A stretch of 64,000 nt of DNA. Source: Lepidodermella squamata. Lineage: Eukaryota; Animalia; Gastrotricha. The notes below the pieces were generated by a model. That model made no database searches. It was not told the DNA's origin and was given only the letters and a program-made list of their open reading frames with translations. Position numbers and translations under genes: made by a program. The stretch lies in contig JBLDXI010000024.1 of assembly GCA_047495785.1 (NCBI GenBank), positions 1,612,001 to 1,676,000 on the forward strand, read 5' to 3'. Positions 61,258-64,000 of the stretch are shown here, piece by piece. Position 1 is the first letter of the stretch. Each line of letters begins with the position of its first letter.

Positions 61258-64000
61258 CTAAAAAGCTTCATAAAGGTGATTGATAATGGGTAGATTTGAA
61301 GATTTGTTAGTACGTTGAACGGCCTGCTGCATGGCGTAGACAAATTTGGGCGACGCGCTTGAAATAACGTTGACATTACGAGCATTCCCATTCCGCTTGA
61401 TGATTCGCGTCAAAATCGCATCGAAATTCGGCCAGCCGAAGTGGCAACGAGCCCGCAGCCGCGTGAAAGCGTTTTTCGTGAAAATGCTGTCAGCTCGAAT
61501 AGCTTCCTGGTGTAAGACCATGAGTCGCAGGTCGTAGTCGGCCGCAGGTTGTGCGTAGAACATTTCGAAATTAACGAAGTTACCAAAGTCGACACGCTCG
61601 AGTGGTTCGATGACCTCGCTTTCGAGCCACTCTGTATCGCGATTTGCGATTACGATGACGTAGACCTTGAGACACTGAAATGGGAGATGGCCATCGGTGT
61701 GGCGCGCTTTGGTGATTTCGAAACGGACACGCTTGAGTAGAGACGCGAAGGGCGACGAGCAGATACCCTCCGCAAAGAGAACTGCTACGTCACATTGGTG
61801 CCAGGATTCACAGGCAACACCCGAAAACGGACCTAAAATTAATATAAAATATTAAATTTAATTTAATTAATTTAATTAAAATTTAAAATATTAAATTCAA
61901 CTGAGAGCCATGTGATCGAAAAGAAGGGCAAAAGAGATAGGGGCAAAAATCACACAAGAAATTGAAATGGAAATTCGATATCCTGGTATAAATCTCATCG
62001 GCGACTCCGGGTGTCCATGTTTGGTGTCCCTCAAAACGCCTCTGAGTGATCCTTTGAGCGAAGCTCAGCGTCGATTCCAGGTCGCGTTCATTAGCATTCG
62101 AATTTTCAAGTATTCTATGTGCCTGTTGTGTGCATCATAACATTGCAACAACACTTAACTGATGAAAACTGGCTACCCCAAGAGAAAGACGGTTCCCATC
62201 GTTTTTCCCACTAGCGCTTAAAGGTAGTGTATAGTAGGCTTTGCTCGTCGCGTTAACTAGTCGAGTTGTTCGATGACATTTTGATGAAATTGATTAGAGT
62301 CAAGCTCGATTTCAATCAACTTTATATGAAGACGAACATCAGACGAACAAGTGCCTGCTCAAACTTAGTGCGGTTCAAACGAAAAAGTGTCTTGGCAGGA
62401 ATTAGCGATTTTCTAGCCCTGTTGCGTAATCGATTTTGGGCAAAAATCTATTAATTTTATGAAAATTTCGCCAAAATATATATAAATCTATGTCCTGCTC
62501 GGGGCAGGACATAGATTTTATTTTATTTTGGCCATATTTTGTCGCTTTCAGCCAAATTTTATTAAAATTTGACAAAAAATTGTCCTAATAGAGGTCAAAC
62601 AGGAAATTTAGATAACTTTTAATAAATTGGACGTCGATTTGGTCCAAAAATTATCGAATCTTAAATATTAAATAAAAATTTACCGAAAAACGGTAAAATT
62701 TAAATATTGTTTAGCTCAAAACGACAGAATTTATTTAATTTCGGCTTTTAATAAAAACATTTACTTCGATCACATGGCTCTGAACATTCATTTTTTTAAT
62801 TTAATTTTTTTTTTATAAAAATCACCTTCGATTCGCACAACAGGTTCAGCTTTCGAAGCGACAAAATGTTGGCTCCAAGGTCCGACCGAAATTGCGTGTA
62901 AGGTTAGGAAAGGTTCTTCTGGCGTTGAAGTCAGCGAATAAGGGTGATAGTCGCTGCAGTTGAAATCTGGCGAGCAAATTTGAACGTATTGCCCAGGTTT
63001 GTAGCTCATCGCCGTCGGTTTCTCGAGTTCGACTCGCAAAACTTCGGATGGCAGAATGTTTCGCGAAACGGCCTTGACATTGGAAAATCGATGCCGTAGG
63101 CAGAAAATTCTGTCGACGGCAAGCGTTAAAATCGACGCTGCGAGAAATGAGAAATGAGCGGCAAGCAATTGTTGTCTCGAGTAGCTGAGAACATGAAGCC
63201 CATGAAAAATCGCCAAGTTGGAAATCACAACAATTTCGGTTAGATTGAACGAATTTTTGGCAGAAGTCACGTTGAAAAGCGCAAAATAACAGCAAGAAAG
63301 GGCGAATCGCCATGTAACGGCACCATCGTCGTACTTTTGCAGAATGTAGCTGAGAAGAACGGCTAAAATCAACCAGGCGTGACAATGGATCAAGTTTTTT
63401 CGGAATGTCCCAAGCGAGGAAAACGGGAAAAAATATCTAGCGGTCGTATTCCGTAATTTCGACAGGAAAAATCGACAATTTGCTAGAATTAGAGTGCCGA
63501 AGGTCAAGCTGGATAAATTCAAGGTGGTTTGGCTAATGGAATTGAAGGTGACCGGGAACAACTCGAGGAAAATCAAAACAAAGCAAAAATTCGCGAAGAC
63601 GAGCGACCAGAAAAATTGGCGTTGAATCGAGAAAAATGTTGCCGCAAATCTATCTCCGTAATCTTCGTTCTCGCCAAGTATCAATCGATCTACAACTTCA
63701 GGCGCTTGGTCGCTGATTGGCGACGGTAAAATCGTAATCGGAGAGGGCGGTTCCAACTTTTGAGCGAAAATTCGGTCGAAATTCGCCTCGAAAATAGGCC
63801 AGAATTGCGGGAATGAAATTGAGAACGCAGTGTTTTTCAAAGTTGGAACTTGGCTGATTAATTGCTCGAAAAATTGACACATCGCCTTGTTATCGACTGA
63901 ATTCGGCGTGAGGGAGAAAACAAGCGCGGCTATTTCGTCATAGCTCAACATTCGGTCTTGGTTAGAATCGTTAAACATGAAGCTGCCCGATATTTGCTCT
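61258..64000 (-). CDS. DUOX: Dual oxidase (DUOX)-like protein, C-terminal part, degenerate catalytic motifs; exons >64000-62826 and 61832-61258
   Basis: EF-hand DSNQDRMLSYDE and FAD region YKPGQYVQI...YHPYSLTSTPEE..LTLHAISVGPWS. IEG|GPF spans intron 61833-62825. DYDLR, FTRLRARCHFGWPNF and terminal HLYEAF (cf. DUOX HHYENF). Confidence 0.85.
62484..62518. repeat. 15-bp perfect hairpin in the DUOX-like intron
   Basis: AAATCTATGTCCTGC-TCGGG-GCAGGACATAGATTT, with weaker inverted similarity in the flanks. Confidence 0.85.

Noticed and set aside
62266-62454. ORF weakly reminiscent of a hAT dimerisation motif
   Set aside because: Similarity is too weak to support by eye.

Overview
This is gene-dense eukaryotic DNA from an invertebrate metazoan, not a prokaryote. 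Most introns are short (~45-65 nt) GT-AG introns, a few are long and filled with transposon debris, and CpG is abundant. About 20 protein genes can be rebuilt by hand-splicing. In order: a 5'-truncated ankyrin gene built of Cys-capped one-exon modules; a Cys-rich, probably GPI-anchored protein; two tandem CHST-type sulfotransferases (the second hosts an intronic tRNA-Cys); a Citron-like kinase lacking C1-PH-CNH; a small secreted protein missed by the ORF track; a small orphan ORF; WASP; a basic Ser/Arg/Lys-rich protein; DENND6; NUP205; GILT; BNIP1/Sec20; TMEM209; a C2H2 zinc-finger gene; a Cys-loop channel; an atypical Ser/Thr kinase; an apolipoprotein L-like gene; a GABA-B-like class C GPCR; and the 3' part of a DUOX-like gene. 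Introns and spacers carry several MITE/foldback elements and decayed Ty1/copia and Harbinger remnants. The most notable observations are (1) a DUOX homolog with an intact reading frame but apparently lacking most heme-ligand histidines and NADPH motifs (candidate pseudo-oxidase), (2) ankyrin modules with six conserved cysteines, suggesting a disulfide-bonded extracellular ankyrin protein, and (3) tightly packed co-oriented genes that may be operons. All family assignments come from motif recognition by eye; no searches were run.
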